DNA of 64,000 bases from Myxococcota bacterium (GTDB taxonomy: Bacteria; Myxococcota; Kuafuiibacteriia; Kuafuiibacteriales; Kuafuiibacteriaceae), in NCBI GenBank assembly GCA_050331295.1, contig JBHJGZ010000004.1, positions 477,008 to 541,007 of the forward strand, written 5' to 3'. The notes beneath the pieces were generated by a model. That model was not told the origin of the DNA. It was given only the letters and a program-made list of their open reading frames with translations, and made no database searches. Shown one piece after another: positions 9,366-18,766 of this stretch. How positions within the stretch are numbered: the stretch's first letter is position 1; every line of letters begins with the position of its first letter. Made by a program: the position numbers and the translations under genes.

Positions 9366-9905
9366 CTATTCGGTGGCCGGCTGGGGTTGAGTGGGAGGCG
9401 CCTTGCGTCCGCTCTTCAGCGTCTCTACGTAGCTCGTAAACTCGTCCTGGCTCACCTGCTCGTCCCCATCGCTGTCCATGGCTTTGAATCGCTCATTCCT
9501 CTGAGACTTTCGAGCGTCGGCGATTTCATCCGGCGTCAGCTCACCGTCTCGGTTCGCATCGACTGCGGCGAAGTCCAGATCTCCGAACTGCGACCGGTTG
9601 GCATCGACGTTGATTCCGCGACGTTTGGCGATGCGTGCTCGGAAGCCGCGAGCCCGCTCCTTGGCGCTGTCGAGTTCGCTCTGGCTCAAGGTTCCGCTCC
9701 CGTCGGAGTCGATCCGGGCGAACACCGCATCCATCCGGCCTCGGGCGTACGCTTCGAACTCGGCTCTGCCCACGGCTCCGCTTTGATCGGAATCCATCGC
9801 CTGAAAGGTCGCTTCGGGGGTGGGACGTCGACCGGGCTGAGCCCACACGGTCGACGATAGACCGGCCGTCAAAGCGACGATGGAAAACACATTCATTCTG
9901 TTCAT
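9366..9905 (-). CDS. Secreted EF-hand calcium-binding protein
   Basis: Signal peptide MNRMNVFSIVALTAGLSSTVWA after a perfect AGGAGG RBS. Four DxDxDG loops: DSDQSGAV, DSDGSGTL, DANRDGEL and DSDGDEQV. Confidence 0.75.
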   Translation of the reverse strand: MNRMNVFSIVALTAGLSSTVWAQPGRRPTPEATFQAMDSDQSGAVGRAEFEAYARGRMDAVFARIDSDGSGTLSQSELDSAKERARGFRARIAKRRGINVDANRSQFGDLDFAAVDANRDGELTPDEIADARKSQRNERFKAMDSDGDEQVSQDEFTSYVETLKSGRKAPPTQPQPATE

Positions 9906-10012
9906 GAAACCTCCTGGATGTGCCGCCTGGCGACACACTCACCAGGCATTCAACACCGCCAGCGCGTCCAGGTTGTCCTGCTTTACATTTCTTCAGGAAC
10001 GCCGCCTATTCT

Positions 10013-11746
10013 GTGGGCGTGGACACGTCGGCCGAGGCCGTACCCGCCATCGAGGGGTACGAGCTACTGGACCGCATCGGTTCGGGGGGCATGGGCCACG
10101 TCTACGTCGGCCGACGGCGCGGGGTGTTGTGCGCGGTCAAGGTCTTGAAGCGAGACCTCATGACCCATCCGGCGGTGGTCAGACGCTTCAAGAAAGAAGT
10201 TCAGCTTTTGATGCTGCAGAACCATCCCGGCATCGTGGCCCTGGAAGACGCGGGGCACACGGAGGATGGGCGGCTGTACCTCGCGACCGAACTCATACCG
10301 GGGATGGACCTGTTTCGGGTCATCCAGCGCGTGGGACCGATGCCGCCCGACATCTGGACCGCGCTCGCCACACCGCTGTTGAGCGCGCTGGCTGCAGCCC
10401 ACGAGTTGACAGACCACGACGGCCGCCCCGTCCGCCTCATCCATCGCGACATCAAGCCTGAGAACGTGATGGTGGGATACGACGGACGGGTGGTCATCCT
10501 CGACTTCGGACTCGCACAAGCTCGGCTGAGCGAGGAGCGTTCTCGCATCACCCGAGCCGGGCAGGTCATGGGAACGCCCAAGTACATGGCACCCGAGCAG
10601 ATCCGGTCCCCCGACGAGGTCGATCAGCGAACCGACCAATTCGCGGCGGCCGTGACCCTGTATGTTTGTGGTATCGGCCGCACCGTCGGCTCGGACCTTC
10701 CGAACGGAGATGATGCCCTTCCTCTGCCCCAGCTCTGGGCCCGGCTCATGCGCCCCCATTGGCGACCCTTCACGGAGCTCGCGCCGGACTTCCCTGGCGA
10801 ACTGGACGGCGTCTTGGCTCGGGCGATGGCTACCGAGCTTCGAGACCGCTTCCCGACCGTGACGTGCTTTCGAGACGCAGTCACCGCGGTGATTGGACCG
10901 CCGAAGCCCGGCGTCCTTCGAGACTTCATCGCGTCCACGTTCGTTTCGGAACGAACCGCCCATCGGGAGTGGCTCGAAGCGCGCGCGACAACCTTGGAAG
11001 CCGAGGCCCATCGAGCGACGCGCGCGGATGGTCAGCGTTTCGCGTTCGGAACGAACCAGGCTTCGTCCGAGGCGACGTCGAACCGGCCGGGCGATGGGTT
11101 TAGCGTCCACACGTCCCCTCTACTCTGGGCGGCGATCTCCGTGGTTCTCTTCATGGCGGCCACCCTTGTTGCCATCACTCTGAGGGCATCGACCGGGATT
11201 CAGGAGAGCGGCACGCTGCCTCCGTCAGCCCGCGCCGCCTCAGCCAGACCGCAGGCCGTCCCCGTGCCGGCTGGCCTGGAGATTTCGATTGTTCCTGCGG
11301 ACGCCTCTGGTGACGCTTGGGCCACCGGTCTCGTCGCAGCGGCGAACGGACCCGGCGGGTTAGACCTGCCACGAGAATCCATCGCCGCCATCGATGATTC
11401 TCGTTCGCCATCCTCACCGAGGGAGCCCGAGCTCGACGCGTCCGGTGGCGCCGCATCGCCGACATCCCCATCGTCTGCGTCGGGCGAGTCGATCCCGCCG
11501 AGCCGGCAACCATCCATCTCACCCGAACCGTCGATCCTGAGCCCGCGCGCGCTCCGGCGTGAGCAGGCTTGGGCTCGGGTCGACCGCTTACTCGGGAACG
11601 CGCGACTCGAGCCCAGCGAACGAAGGCGCCGCATCTTTCATGCTCTTTTGGAGGTCGCGCCGTACGACATCCAAAGCCCTTGCAGTCGGAACGCCTTGTT
11701 TCGAACCGAGTTGACCCGGTACATCGAGCTTTGCCGACCTGATTGA
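10013..11746 (+). CDS. Serine/threonine protein kinase (Hanks-type), membrane-anchored with Pro/Ser-rich extracytoplasmic tail
   Basis: Gly loop GSGGMGHVY, catalytic K in AVKVL, HRDIKPENV, DFG and GTPKYMAPE. A TM helix LLWAAISVVLFMAATLVAITL follows the kinase domain. Start is GTG at 10013 or 10019; ATG at 9920 would overlap the divergent gene. Confidence 0.85.
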   Translation: MGVDTSAEAVPAIEGYELLDRIGSGGMGHVYVGRRRGVLCAVKVLKRDLMTHPAVVRRFKKEVQLLMLQNHPGIVALEDAGHTEDGRLYLATELIPGMDLFRVIQRVGPMPPDIWTALATPLLSALAAAHELTDHDGRPVRLIHRDIKPENVMVGYDGRVVILDFGLAQARLSEERSRITRAGQVMGTPKYMAPEQIRSPDEVDQRTDQFAAAVTLYVCGIGRTVGSDLPNGDDALPLPQLWARLMRPHWRPFTELAPDFPGELDGVLARAMATELRDRFPTVTCFRDAVTAVIGPPKPGVLRDFIASTFVSERTAHREWLEARATTLEAEAHRATRADGQRFAFGTNQASSEATSNRPGDGFSVHTSPLLWAAISVVLFMAATLVAITLRASTGIQESGTLPPSARAASARPQAVPVPAGLEISIVPADASGDAWATGLVAAANGPGGLDLPRESIAAIDDSRSPSSPREPELDASGGAASPTSPSSASGESIPPSRQPSISPEPSILSPRALRREQAWARVDRLLGNARLEPSERRRRIFHALLEVAPYDIQSPCSRNALFRTELTRYIELCRPD

Positions 11747-11854
11747 AGTGGCTCTGGACCTTCTTGCGGCGACCCATCGGCTGGTTCGGCCCAGAGCGAA
11801 GTCGAATTGCTTACATGGCGGATCGGCTTCGGATGCTGGACCCGGTCCGATGCC

Positions 11855-12307
11855 CTAGTCGTGACGGTTTCGAAAGGCTTCCAGAGAGACGACGTCCCCT
11901 CCGGACGCGCCACCCCCGTCTCGGCTTTCCTCGGCCGGCGACGAAAGGGAACTCGGTCCTTCAAAGCGCAAACCAAAGTCGACGTGGGGATCCACGAACT
12001 GCGTGATGGCCTCATAAGGCACGACGATTCGAGACGGCTGCTGCTGAAACGAAAGACCCACCGAGAAGCGGTCCTCGGAGACCTCGAGGTCCCAGAAATG
12101 CTGCTTCAGGACGATTTGGATCTGTTCGGGGTAGGCCTCTCGGACGTGCGCTGGAAGCTCTACCCCAGGAAAACCGGTTCTGAAGCTGATGAAGAAATGG
12201 TGTTCTTCGGGCATGCCACCCACGGCCCGCTCGAGCGCCCAGCGGATTACAAGGCGCATCGCCGCTTTCGTGAAAGCATCGTAGGGTATTGCGCCAGACA
12301 TCTCCAT
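11855..12307 (-). CDS. sspB: ClpXP specificity-enhancing factor SspB-like (stringent starvation protein B family)
   Basis: Block HHFFISFRTGFPGVELP...IQIVLK...LEVSEDRFSVGLSFQQQPSRIVVPYEAI matches the SspB pattern (VPMEYARDGQIVLNIAP...GGIPRQVSVP). Acidic C-tail. Start at the internal Met avoids overlapping bamB. Confidence 0.65.
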   Translation of the reverse strand: MEMSGAIPYDAFTKAAMRLVIRWALERAVGGMPEEHHFFISFRTGFPGVELPAHVREAYPEQIQIVLKQHFWDLEVSEDRFSVGLSFQQQPSRIVVPYEAITQFVDPHVDFGLRFEGPSSLSSPAEESRDGGGASGGDVVSLEAFRNRHD

Positions 12308-12356
12308 AGCCCTAGCAGGGCAGACCGCGTCTCGCCACTCGCGGGCCGGGAGACGC

Positions 12357-13571
12357 TCAGGGTTCCGGCGACACCACCTTTGGGCCACGATCTACGGGTA
12401 GGGTTCCGCTGAGGTTCTGGGAATGGCCCTTCGCGAGGATCATGGCCATGCCCTTGTTGGAAAGGAGCACTGCATTGCTCCCCCGAACGAACGGAGCGGT
12501 CGAGACGCCGGACCCGGGCGAGAGGGCCTGCAGTGGCTTTCCGGTCCGTGCATCCAGAAGGTGAATGGATCCACGGGATGTCCCAACCCACACGTGGCCA
12601 TCTCCTGCGGCAGAAGGTCTCGTCGGAAAGCCATCCTTCACGTTAAGGCTCCACGTGACGCGACCTAGATCGGGGTCGAAGCCGAGGACGTCGCCCCGGC
12701 CGGTGCTGAAGACGATGGTTTCCAGCGGCTCGGCACGCACCAGCCCGTGAACATTCTTCAAGGAACGCATGTACACGATGGACCCGTCCTCCACGGATAG
12801 GCGGTAAACCCCCTTGTTGAAGCTGGCGGTCAGGATCTCTCCTCCGTTTGGTCCGACGGGCAGCGGGGTGGCGTCGATGTCTTGAAACTGCTCTGCCGGC
12901 TCCCCGAGGCGGACCAACCACCGAACGTCGCCAGACTGCAGCTCGACGCCCAGTAACGTGCCGTCCGAGAAGCCGAGGACCGCCAGCTCGAGCCCTGGAT
13001 GGATGTACGCTCCCGCCTGCCCGCGAATGGTCAGTCCGTCCGGAGTCGGCCGCTTTTGACGCCATAGGACGCTCGCGCCCTCGGCCGAGATGCTCAGCCC
13101 AACGAATGCGTTCGGACGAGCCGGGACGACGGCGATGTCGTTCATCATGGCGACGCCCCCGGATGGCGTTCCACCCACATCCACCGCCCATTTCTCGCGC
13201 CCGGTGTACTTGTCCAAGGCGACCAGACGCGGACCTTGTCCAACCAACAGGAGGCCGCCCACCTCAGACATCTCCGCCCCAACCTCTCCAAACTCGGGGC
13301 GAGACCAGATCACCTCACCGCTGCCGAGGCGACGGGCTTCCAGTCGTTCGGAGCGAAGACCCAAGTAAACGTGGCTGGACTGCTCGTCGATGTACGGGCG
13401 GGACCATTCTTCGCGGTTGATCTTCAGGAACTCGAAGCGCCCGAGATCGACGATGTATCGGGCCCCCCAATACTGCTGACGCTGGGCCTCGGATGTCGCC
13501 AGGTCGCCGGGCGGCGCGGCCCCGAGGAGTGCGATGAGCCCAGCCGCGGGCCCCCAGAAACATAACGTCAT
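12357..13571 (-). CDS. bamB: PQQ-like beta-propeller repeat protein, BamB-like outer-membrane assembly lipoprotein
   Basis: Signal peptide followed by repeated WxxxxG beta-propeller blades, about 400 aa, immediately downstream of a YfgM-like gene. This matches the E. coli yfgM-bamB arrangement. Confidence 0.65.
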   Translation of the reverse strand: MTLCFWGPAAGLIALLGAAPPGDLATSEAQRQQYWGARYIVDLGRFEFLKINREEWSRPYIDEQSSHVYLGLRSERLEARRLGSGEVIWSRPEFGEVGAEMSEVGGLLLVGQGPRLVALDKYTGREKWAVDVGGTPSGGVAMMNDIAVVPARPNAFVGLSISAEGASVLWRQKRPTPDGLTIRGQAGAYIHPGLELAVLGFSDGTLLGVELQSGDVRWLVRLGEPAEQFQDIDATPLPVGPNGGEILTASFNKGVYRLSVEDGSIVYMRSLKNVHGLVRAEPLETIVFSTGRGDVLGFDPDLGRVTWSLNVKDGFPTRPSAAGDGHVWVGTSRGSIHLLDARTGKPLQALSPGSGVSTAPFVRGSNAVLLSNKGMAMILAKGHSQNLSGTLPVDRGPKVVSPEP

Positions 13572-14279
13572 CTATCGCAGGAGCTTCAGCCGATTCTCGG
13601 CATAATTCTGAAGGAATAGGGATGGCTCCGTCTCCAAGAGCAACTGGAGGCGGGACCGGGCTTCTTCGACCTGTCCGTCCGCCTCCAAGACCCGAGCTTG
13701 ATGCTTGAGTGCATACGCTTGGGCGAAAGGAATCTCGGCCAACAGTTCGAAAACCCGAAGGGCCTCGCTGTATTCGCCGAGGCTCTCATATGCGTAACCC
13801 TGACCCTCCAGGGCGATGAAACGCAGCGGATCGTTGGACACGGCCGAATCGAGATAGGCGCCGTAGAGGTCCGCTGCCGACCGGTAAGCTTCCTGCCTGG
13901 CGGCCAGGTCCGCCTCGTAGAGGAGCGCAAGACGAGCTGCTCCCCGGTCCGAATGCTCGGACCGGAACCGACGCAATTCATTCTGTGCGTCGCCATACGC
14001 CTGCTTCAACATTTGGGTGGAGGTCGCGGTGGACGCGAATTGTGGGGACGAAACTCGCTGATACGACTCCAGCGCATCGCCGAGCGCGGCCGTCACTTCG
14101 GACGCGCTCCGCGCGCTGCTGCTTCCAGCCATCTGAAATCCGACGATGCCCACCAGGATCGTACCCAAGGCGAGGAGCACCAGGCGAACGTTTTTCTCCA
14201 GCCAGGCTACCCAGGGCGCCCCTCCCTCTTGGAACGCGTCGGGGCCCAGAAGCTTGTCAGCTTCCTTCTTGCGGGCCAT
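13572..14279 (-). CDS. yfgM: YfgM-like single-pass membrane protein with TPR-like helical domain
   Basis: The N-terminus has a short cytoplasmic stretch and a TM helix (LVLLALGTILVGIVGF). A TPR-like domain follows (GQGYAYESLGEYSEALRVFELL). The stop abuts the bamB start. Confidence 0.55.
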   Translation of the reverse strand: MARKKEADKLLGPDAFQEGGAPWVAWLEKNVRLVLLALGTILVGIVGFQMAGSSSARSASEVTAALGDALESYQRVSSPQFASTATSTQMLKQAYGDAQNELRRFRSEHSDRGAARLALLYEADLAARQEAYRSAADLYGAYLDSAVSNDPLRFIALEGQGYAYESLGEYSEALRVFELLAEIPFAQAYALKHQARVLEADGQVEEARSRLQLLLETEPSLFLQNYAENRLKLLR

Positions 14280-14327
14280 GGGGACCGGGTTTTGGAGAGA
14301 GGACCTGTCCGAGTCAAGGACTGGTTG

Positions 14328-14825
14328 ATGCCTGGAACGGTCATCGCCGGAGCGCTTTGGGTCATGGCTGCTTCCCCCAACGCGTGGGCAGCGGAGGGTG
14401 AGTGGATGCTCAACGCGTCGACGGAGGTCATCGGTCGATTCAGCCGAGACGGCGAAGGTTTGGAGCCCGGAGGTCGACTGACGGTCTCCGGAGCACGCGG
14501 CGTGGGAGCCTGGATCTGGTTGATGGGCACGGCGGGACTCGGCGCCGTCGCACCTGGACCAAGGGTCGATTACGACATCATGGTCGGGGTGTCGGGGGCC
14601 GTCGACGTGGTTCGTTGGGTACCCTCCATCGAGCTGCTCGCGGGCTTCGGAGGAACCGGGGACCAGTTGGGCTTCGCGTTTGCCGGGTCAATGGGCGTGG
14701 AACGGTTCGTCGCAAGGCGCTGGAGCCTAGGGGTTCGGCTGCAGGGCCGCGGGGTGATCCGGCCGGACGACCTGGATCCAGGTGCCTCGGTTCAGATTCG
14801 CATCTCGCGTCGCATCGGTTTCTGA
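14328..14825 (+). CDS. Small outer-membrane beta-barrel-like protein (hypothetical)
   Basis: Sub-ORF of track 13698..14825 starting at ATG with an AAGGA RBS. Signal peptide MPGTVIAGALWVMAASPNAWA. Alternating hydrophobic beta pattern and a terminal Phe (QIRISRRIGF), typical of OMP C-termini. Confidence 0.4.
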   Translation: MPGTVIAGALWVMAASPNAWAAEGEWMLNASTEVIGRFSRDGEGLEPGGRLTVSGARGVGAWIWLMGTAGLGAVAPGPRVDYDIMVGVSGAVDVVRWVPSIELLAGFGGTGDQLGFAFAGSMGVERFVARRWSLGVRLQGRGVIRPDDLDPGASVQIRISRRIGF

Positions 14826-14893
14826 CCCGGTCAGCGGCGCAGCCATCGGTCCGGCCCTTTCGTGATGGGGTCGACCTGAGGTATGCGCGCAAA

Positions 14894-16555
14894 GTGCAGG
14901 CATTCTCGGAGGTTGTCGACTTCCTGAACCACTACGTCTGGAGCTTTCCCGAAGCGCTCCCTTGGCTGGTCGTCGCGCTGCTGGGGACCGGGCTGTTCCT
15001 GACCGTGCGGCTCGGGCTGATCCAATTCCGCAAGACGGGCCATGCTTTGGCCATCGTCTCCGGCAAGTATGACGATCCCGAAGACTCCGGGGACATCAGC
15101 CATTTCCAAGCTCTCTCGACCGCGCTCTCGGCGACGGTGGGCGTCGGAAACATCGCCGGCGTCGCGACCGCCATCCACTATGGCGGCCCCGGTGCGGTGT
15201 TCTGGATGTGGGTCACCGCTCTGTTCGGTATGGCGGTCAAATACAGCGAGTGTACGCTGGCTCTGAAGTATCGAACGTTTGACCATGATGGTGCGGTGGC
15301 GGGCGGCCCGATGTACTACATCGAGCGAGGCCTCGGTTCTTCCTTCAAGCCTTTGGCGGTGCTCTTCGCGGTCTGCGGCGCGCTGGCCGCGCTCGGCACC
15401 GGCAACATGAATCAAGCCAACACGGTGGCAGTAAGCGCCGGGACCGACTTCGGGCTGTCTCCCCTGCTGGTTGGGTTCGTTTGTAGCGCAGTGGTCGGAG
15501 GTGTGATCTTGGGCGGTATTCGCCGGATTGCGGCGGTGAGTTCTCGGCTCGCCCCCAGCATGGCGGCTGTCTACGTGGCAGGTGCCTTGATCATCCTGGC
15601 CTTGCACGCTCCGCAGGTTCCCGGCGCCTTTCTCACCATCCTCGAGCACGCGTTCAATCCACGCGCGAGTGTGGGAGGGTCGGTGTTGGGCGCCTTCAGC
15701 GTCACCATGCTCTGGGGCGTGAAACGCGGCCTCTTCTCGAACGAGGCCGGCCAAGGAAGCGCGCCCATCGCCCATGCGGCGGCCCGGACCGACGAACCGG
15801 TCCGAGAAGGCGCCGTCGCCATGTTGGAACCGCTCATCGACACGCTGATCATCTGCTCGATGACGGCGCTGGTCATCATCGTGACCGGGGTCTGGGACCA
15901 GCACAATGAAAGCTCCATCGCCTTGAACAAGGCAGCGGTGGTTCGAGCAGAGGACATTCCTACCGAGGGCCGAATCTACGACCGCGTACAGGAGGCCTTG
16001 GCGGCCGAAGGGCCGTTTGAATTCGAGGTTGAGGACGGCGTGCCCAACGGGGTTGGATTCATCGCCTACGACGGTTTCGTGGGGGATCCTCGAATCGTTT
16101 ACAACGGGGATGTCTATAGCGGTCGAATTCAGGCTCCGCTGTCCACCAACACGGACATCAGTCTCCTGCGCCTGGAAGGGAAGATGTTGCTCAACAGTTC
16201 GGCCCTCACTGCGGAGGCCTTCCGCGTCGGCCTTTCTCGTATTGGAAACTGGGGGAACTATATCGTCACTCTGTGTGTATTCATGTTCGCTATATCGACG
16301 ATGATTTCTTGGTCCTATTACGGAGACCGATGTATCAATTATTTAGCGGGCTATCGCTTTGTCTTGGCGTACCGAATCGTGTTCACACTCTTCGTCTTCC
16401 TCGGAGCGGTACTCGCGCTCGAAACGGTCTGGTCGTACGGTGATCTCATGCTGGGCATCATGGTGGTCCCGAATCTCTTGGGAGTGCTCCTTCTGTCTCC
16501 GGACCTCGTACGCACCACCCGCAAGTACTTCGATGAACTGAGGTCTTCTTCGTGA
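14894..16555 (+). CDS. Sodium:alanine (amino-acid carrier) symporter, AGCS family
   Basis: The N-terminal region LFLTVRLGLIQFRKTGHAL...SHFQALSTALSATVGVGNIAGVATAI is AGCS-like, as is the C-terminal core. Start GTG at 14894 is an estimate; track ORF start 14402 is a spurious extension. Confidence 0.8.
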   Translation: MQAFSEVVDFLNHYVWSFPEALPWLVVALLGTGLFLTVRLGLIQFRKTGHALAIVSGKYDDPEDSGDISHFQALSTALSATVGVGNIAGVATAIHYGGPGAVFWMWVTALFGMAVKYSECTLALKYRTFDHDGAVAGGPMYYIERGLGSSFKPLAVLFAVCGALAALGTGNMNQANTVAVSAGTDFGLSPLLVGFVCSAVVGGVILGGIRRIAAVSSRLAPSMAAVYVAGALIILALHAPQVPGAFLTILEHAFNPRASVGGSVLGAFSVTMLWGVKRGLFSNEAGQGSAPIAHAAARTDEPVREGAVAMLEPLIDTLIICSMTALVIIVTGVWDQHNESSIALNKAAVVRAEDIPTEGRIYDRVQEALAAEGPFEFEVEDGVPNGVGFIAYDGFVGDPRIVYNGDVYSGRIQAPLSTNTDISLLRLEGKMLLNSSALTAEAFRVGLSRIGNWGNYIVTLCVFMFAISTMISWSYYGDRCINYLAGYRFVLAYRIVFTLFVFLGAVLALETVWSYGDLMLGIMVVPNLLGVLLLSPDLVRTTRKYFDELRSSS

Positions 16556-17970
16556 CTGCCCGTGGCCACTGGGGGTCTCGTTTCGCGTTCGTCCTCGCGG
16601 CCGCGGGCTCGGCGGTCGGTCTCGGAAACATTTGGAAGTTTCCGTACATCACCGGAGTCTACGGCGGCGGTCTCTTCGTCTCGGTGTACCTGGTCTGCAT
16701 TTTGTTCGTGGGAATTCCGGTTCTCATGGCTGAAGTCATGATCGGTCGAGCCACGCAAAAATCGCCAGTAGGCGCATTTGCGTCTCTTTCCGCCGGCGCT
16801 TCGGCTTGGTCCTTGGTCGGCTGGATGGGAGTCGTCAGTGGTCTGATTATCCTCTCCTACTATTCCGTCGTGGCCGGATGGTCGCTCCACTACGTCTTTC
16901 TCTGCGCCACCAACAGTTTGAGCGGCATGGATTCGGATGCGATAGCGAATGTTTTTGGGAGTCTCTACGCGCACGGTGCCTTGAACGTGTTTTGGCACCT
17001 CGTGGTCATGTCGCTGACGACGTCTATCGTCTTGGGAGGTGTTTCGGGCGGCATCGAGACGTCCGTGAAGATCTTGATGCCGGCGCTCCTGATCCTCATG
17101 AGTCTGCTCCTGGTAGATGCGATGTTTCAGAAGGGATTCCTTCCGGCAGTGAGCTTCATCTTCGAACCTCGGCTCACCGAGCTTTCGGCCGAAGGAGTTC
17201 TCGAGGCGCTCGGTCACTCCTTCTTTACCCTCAGCTTGGGGATGGGAGCGATGCTGACGTACGGAAGCTACCTTCGAGAAGACGACGACGTGCCGAGCGC
17301 GGCCATCTTGATCGGCGGTCTCGACACATTCGTGGCTTTGGTCGCCTGCCTCGTCATCTTTCCCATCATCTTCACCTTCGACCTCACCAGCCAAGGGGGG
17401 CCCGGTCTCGTATTTGGAACGATTCCCGTCGCGTTGAGTCAGCTGCCTGGCGGTGGGATTCTGAATTTCGCTTTCTTCACGCTTCTTTTCTTCGCCGCCC
17501 TTTCCTCGACGATTTCCCTTCTCGAAGTCGTCACCGCCACCGTCATCGACCAGTTCGGCTGGAGCCGGGTACGGGCCACCATCGCGGTTGGGCTCACCAT
17601 CACGCTCTTGGGTATTCCATCCGCTCTCTCTGGCAGCAGCGCGGTGTTCGGGGACGGCTGGGCGTCCGTCTTCGGAAAGAATTACTTCGATAGCTTCGAT
17701 TGGGTTGCATCGAACGTTCTACTTCCGACCGGCGGGCTGCTCATCGCCTTGTATGCAGGATGGGTCATGCCTCCGCAGATCCGAGAACTCGAATTCAAGC
17801 GCGGCTCTCGACTGGACGGTCTCTATCCGGTTTGGCTCGGGATCATTCGCTACGTGAGTCCCGCAGCCATCTTTGTCGTGCTCCTTTTTTCCTTGGGACT
17901 CTTGGAACCCCTCATTTCGTCGGAGACGAGTGCGCAAGTTCCTGCGATGACGAAAGCAACGGACGGGTAG
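16552..17970 (+). CDS. Sodium-dependent transporter, neurotransmitter:sodium symporter (NSS/SNF) family
   Basis: MTARGHWGSRFAFVLAAAGSAVGLGNIWKFPYITGVYGGGLF is the NSS TM1 signature. About 12 TM segments. GTGA-coupled to the AGCS gene. Confidence 0.85.
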   Translation: MTARGHWGSRFAFVLAAAGSAVGLGNIWKFPYITGVYGGGLFVSVYLVCILFVGIPVLMAEVMIGRATQKSPVGAFASLSAGASAWSLVGWMGVVSGLIILSYYSVVAGWSLHYVFLCATNSLSGMDSDAIANVFGSLYAHGALNVFWHLVVMSLTTSIVLGGVSGGIETSVKILMPALLILMSLLLVDAMFQKGFLPAVSFIFEPRLTELSAEGVLEALGHSFFTLSLGMGAMLTYGSYLREDDDVPSAAILIGGLDTFVALVACLVIFPIIFTFDLTSQGGPGLVFGTIPVALSQLPGGGILNFAFFTLLFFAALSSTISLLEVVTATVIDQFGWSRVRATIAVGLTITLLGIPSALSGSSAVFGDGWASVFGKNYFDSFDWVASNVLLPTGGLLIALYAGWVMPPQIRELEFKRGSRLDGLYPVWLGIIRYVSPAAIFVVLLFSLGLLEPLISSETSAQVPAMTKATDG

Positions 17971-17980
17971 TCGCTCAATC

Positions 17981-18766
17981 CTACGACGATTGGGGCTTGA
18001 GCCTCAGGACGACCACCGTGATGTTGTCGGAGCCTCCGGCGTCTCGAGCAGTGGTGACAAGACGGTCCACGATGGCCCGTGATGTCGTCCCTTCGGCAAG
18101 ACCCCGCAAGATGACGTCTTCGGGGACTTCCTTCGTCAGACCGTCGCTGCACAACATGACCACATCTTCGTCGCGGATATCCAAACGAAACACGTCGGGT
18201 TTGGGCTCCCGGTCTGAGTGTGCCTGGAGCGCGTTGTAGAGGATGTGGTGCATCGGCGAATCCGGTCCGGTGTCTTGGTCCGACCGCAGCTCTCTCTTGA
18301 GTTGCTCGGCCAAGGTATGGTCCGTCGTGAGCTGTTCGAGGTTGCCGTCGCGTAGCAGGTACGCACGGCTATCGCCGACGTGGCCGACCACCAATCCCGG
18401 AGGGTCGACCTGAACCACCGTCAAAGTCGTCCCCATGGTGGGATGATCGGGACGCTGCTGCGCCTCGTCATCGAGGTCGCGCTGCGCATCCGAAATGATC
18501 TGCTGCAGGTCGTCTTTGTGTTCGAATCCTCGCAACACCGCCTGCATGACGACTCGGGAAGCGACGTCTCCCCCGCCATGTCCGCCCATGCCGTCGGCGA
18601 CGGCCATTACGAGGGGAGGAGACGCACGCGAGGGGTCCCCCAGCGTACTCCGGAAGCTCGCATCGAACACCACGACCTCCGGCTCCAGCCCGGCGATCAG
18701 ATACTGATCTTCATTCTTGGGACGTCTTCGACCGGGATCCGTTCTGCCTGCGACATCGATACTCAC
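17981..18766 (-). CDS. PP2C-family (PPM) Ser/Thr protein phosphatase
   Basis: DPGRRRPKNEDQY, MAVADGMGGHGGGDVAS, LCSDGLT and GGSDNITVVVL. Confidence 0.85.
   Translation of the reverse strand: MSIDVAGRTDPGRRRPKNEDQYLIAGLEPEVVVFDASFRSTLGDPSRASPPLVMAVADGMGGHGGGDVASRVVMQAVLRGFEHKDDLQQIISDAQRDLDDEAQQRPDHPTMGTTLTVVQVDPPGLVVGHVGDSRAYLLRDGNLEQLTTDHTLAEQLKRELRSDQDTGPDSPMHHILYNALQAHSDREPKPDVFRLDIRDEDVVMLCSDGLTKEVPEDVILRGLAEGTTSRAIVDRLVTTARDAGGSDNITVVVLRLKPQSS

Noticed and set aside
10064-11777. Minus-strand ORFs antisense to the first Ser/Thr kinase
   Set aside because: The kinase frame carries all Hanks motifs. The antisense is compositional junk.
13698-14327. First 210 codons of the plus ORF 13698..14825
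   Set aside because: Antisense to the yfgM-like gene. Only the distal part after the ATG at 14328 was kept, at low confidence.
14402-14893. N-terminal 164-aa extension of the AGCS transporter ORF
   Set aside because: Arg/Gly-rich and lacks TM segments. The AGCS family N-terminus begins near LFLTVRLG, so a later GTG start was chosen.
14831-17394. ORFs 14831..15904(-) and 16351..17394(-) antisense to the transporter genes
   Set aside because: His/Arg/Asp-rich with no features. The transporter frames show family signatures and TM periodicity.
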